NCBI RefSeq assembly: GCF_004010195.1
Contig: NC_057719.1
Coordinates: 58,606,079 to 58,670,078, forward strand
Direction: 5' to 3'
Length of the DNA: 64,000 nucleotides
From: Chiloscyllium plagiosum
Taxonomy: Eukaryota
In this document: positions 63,133-64,000 of the stretch, piece by piece
Numbering within the stretch: the stretch's first letter is position 1
Layout of the letters: each line of letters starts with the position of its first letter
Notes under the pieces: generated by a model
Database searches by the model: none
The model's input: only the letters and a program-made list of their open reading frames with translations
Told to the model about the DNA's origin: nothing
Position numbers and translations under genes: made by a program

Positions 63133-63924
63133 TTAGGTTAATCTGTCCACAAAGTCTCTTGCCTTCTCCGACGTGTCAAAGAGATGTATGGATCCATCTA
63201 AGGTGATCTGGATCACCGCCAGATACCTCAGAGAGTACTGAGTCCCAAGGTCCCTCAGTCTTCTCTTGACACCGTCATAGGATTTTCTATTCTGGATCAC
63301 CACCGCTGAGAAGTCCTAGAAGAACATGATCGGGGAGCCCTCGTAAACTAGGGCCTTCAGATCCTTCCCCTGGATTCTGGAAGCTTCCACAATTCTCTCC
63401 TTATCTCTGTAGTGATGAAACTGCACCAGGAGAGGACGTTGAACCACACCTGACCTCCGTGCCATAACCCGGTGAGCCCTCTCAATCTTCAAGTCTCTCA
63501 TTCCAGCCTCCAGGTTAAGGAATTTCGGCAACCAGTCCTCAATAAATTCTGCAGGCCACTCACCTTCCTTACCCTCAGGCAGAGTGACAATCCAAATATT
63601 TTTTCTCCTGGCCCTGTTCTCAAGATCATCCACTTGGTCACGCAAACTATAGACCTGCTTCTCCACGGCTTGGATCCTATCCTTGGAGGAACTGGCATCA
63701 GCTTCCACCACTGTGACTCTGTGTTCAATCTCATCCGTCCTCATTTCCAGGTCTCCCAGCTGCTGTTCATGCTTCTGCAGTATCTTCTCCTCTATCTGGT
63801 TACCCAGCATCTCATGAGATTTCGCAAGCTCATTGACCAGGGCCTGGTAGGTAATTGAGTCCAAGAATCCTGCAGGCTGGACCACGGGCCTGGTCTCGGA
63901 TGCTCCTCCTCCCTTCTTTGACAT
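63133..63924 (-). pseudogene. L1 ORF1 (coiled coil plus RRM/CTD) with one in-frame stop
   Basis: DDLENRARRKNIWIV.LPEG and IERAHR; TAG at 63316-63318 in MFF*DFS, with the frame continuing to a stop near 63133. Confidence 0.88.
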
Positions 63925-64000
63925 CTCTGGATGGGAAAACGCGGATAAGTCAATCTTTCACAGTTTCAGGGACTCCATGACCTTTCTCAAGTCCCAGGAT

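Larger units (their letters stand above)
58530..64000 (-). mobile_element. Near-full-length L1 LINE (runs off the window end)
   Basis: ORF1, inter-ORF spacer, ORF2 (EN-RT-CCHC) and A-rich 3' end in the correct order. Confidence 0.93.

Overview
Eukaryotic, repeat-dense, mostly non-coding DNA, very probably from a cartilaginous fish (shark), as inferred from HE1-type V-SINEs and the CR1, L1, RTE and Penelope families present. The only host coding sequence I can support is one 95-bp internal exon (46150-46244, +) that resembles MIPOL1, so the window is probably intronic. The rest is decayed transposons: many CR1 LINEs (one with a 359-aa open RT-to-C-terminus frame), a near-full-length L1 (58530-64000, -), a Tx1-like L1 relic, RTE fragments, a Gypsy integrase with LTR, two Harbinger transposase relics, several tRNA-headed SINEs, a U1 snRNA 5' fragment and a Penelope-like element (PLE). 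The most striking signal is about 15 short PLE-derived inserts from at least four sequence families. Each family carries a minimal hammerhead-ribozyme fold (CUGANGA, stem II, GAAA, NUH) whose stems I and II covary between families. Many copies are fold-back inverted repeats with a fixed-length single-copy tail and 11-16 bp target-site duplications. Repeat boundaries were read by eye and are approximate, and family names come from recognised motifs, not database searches.
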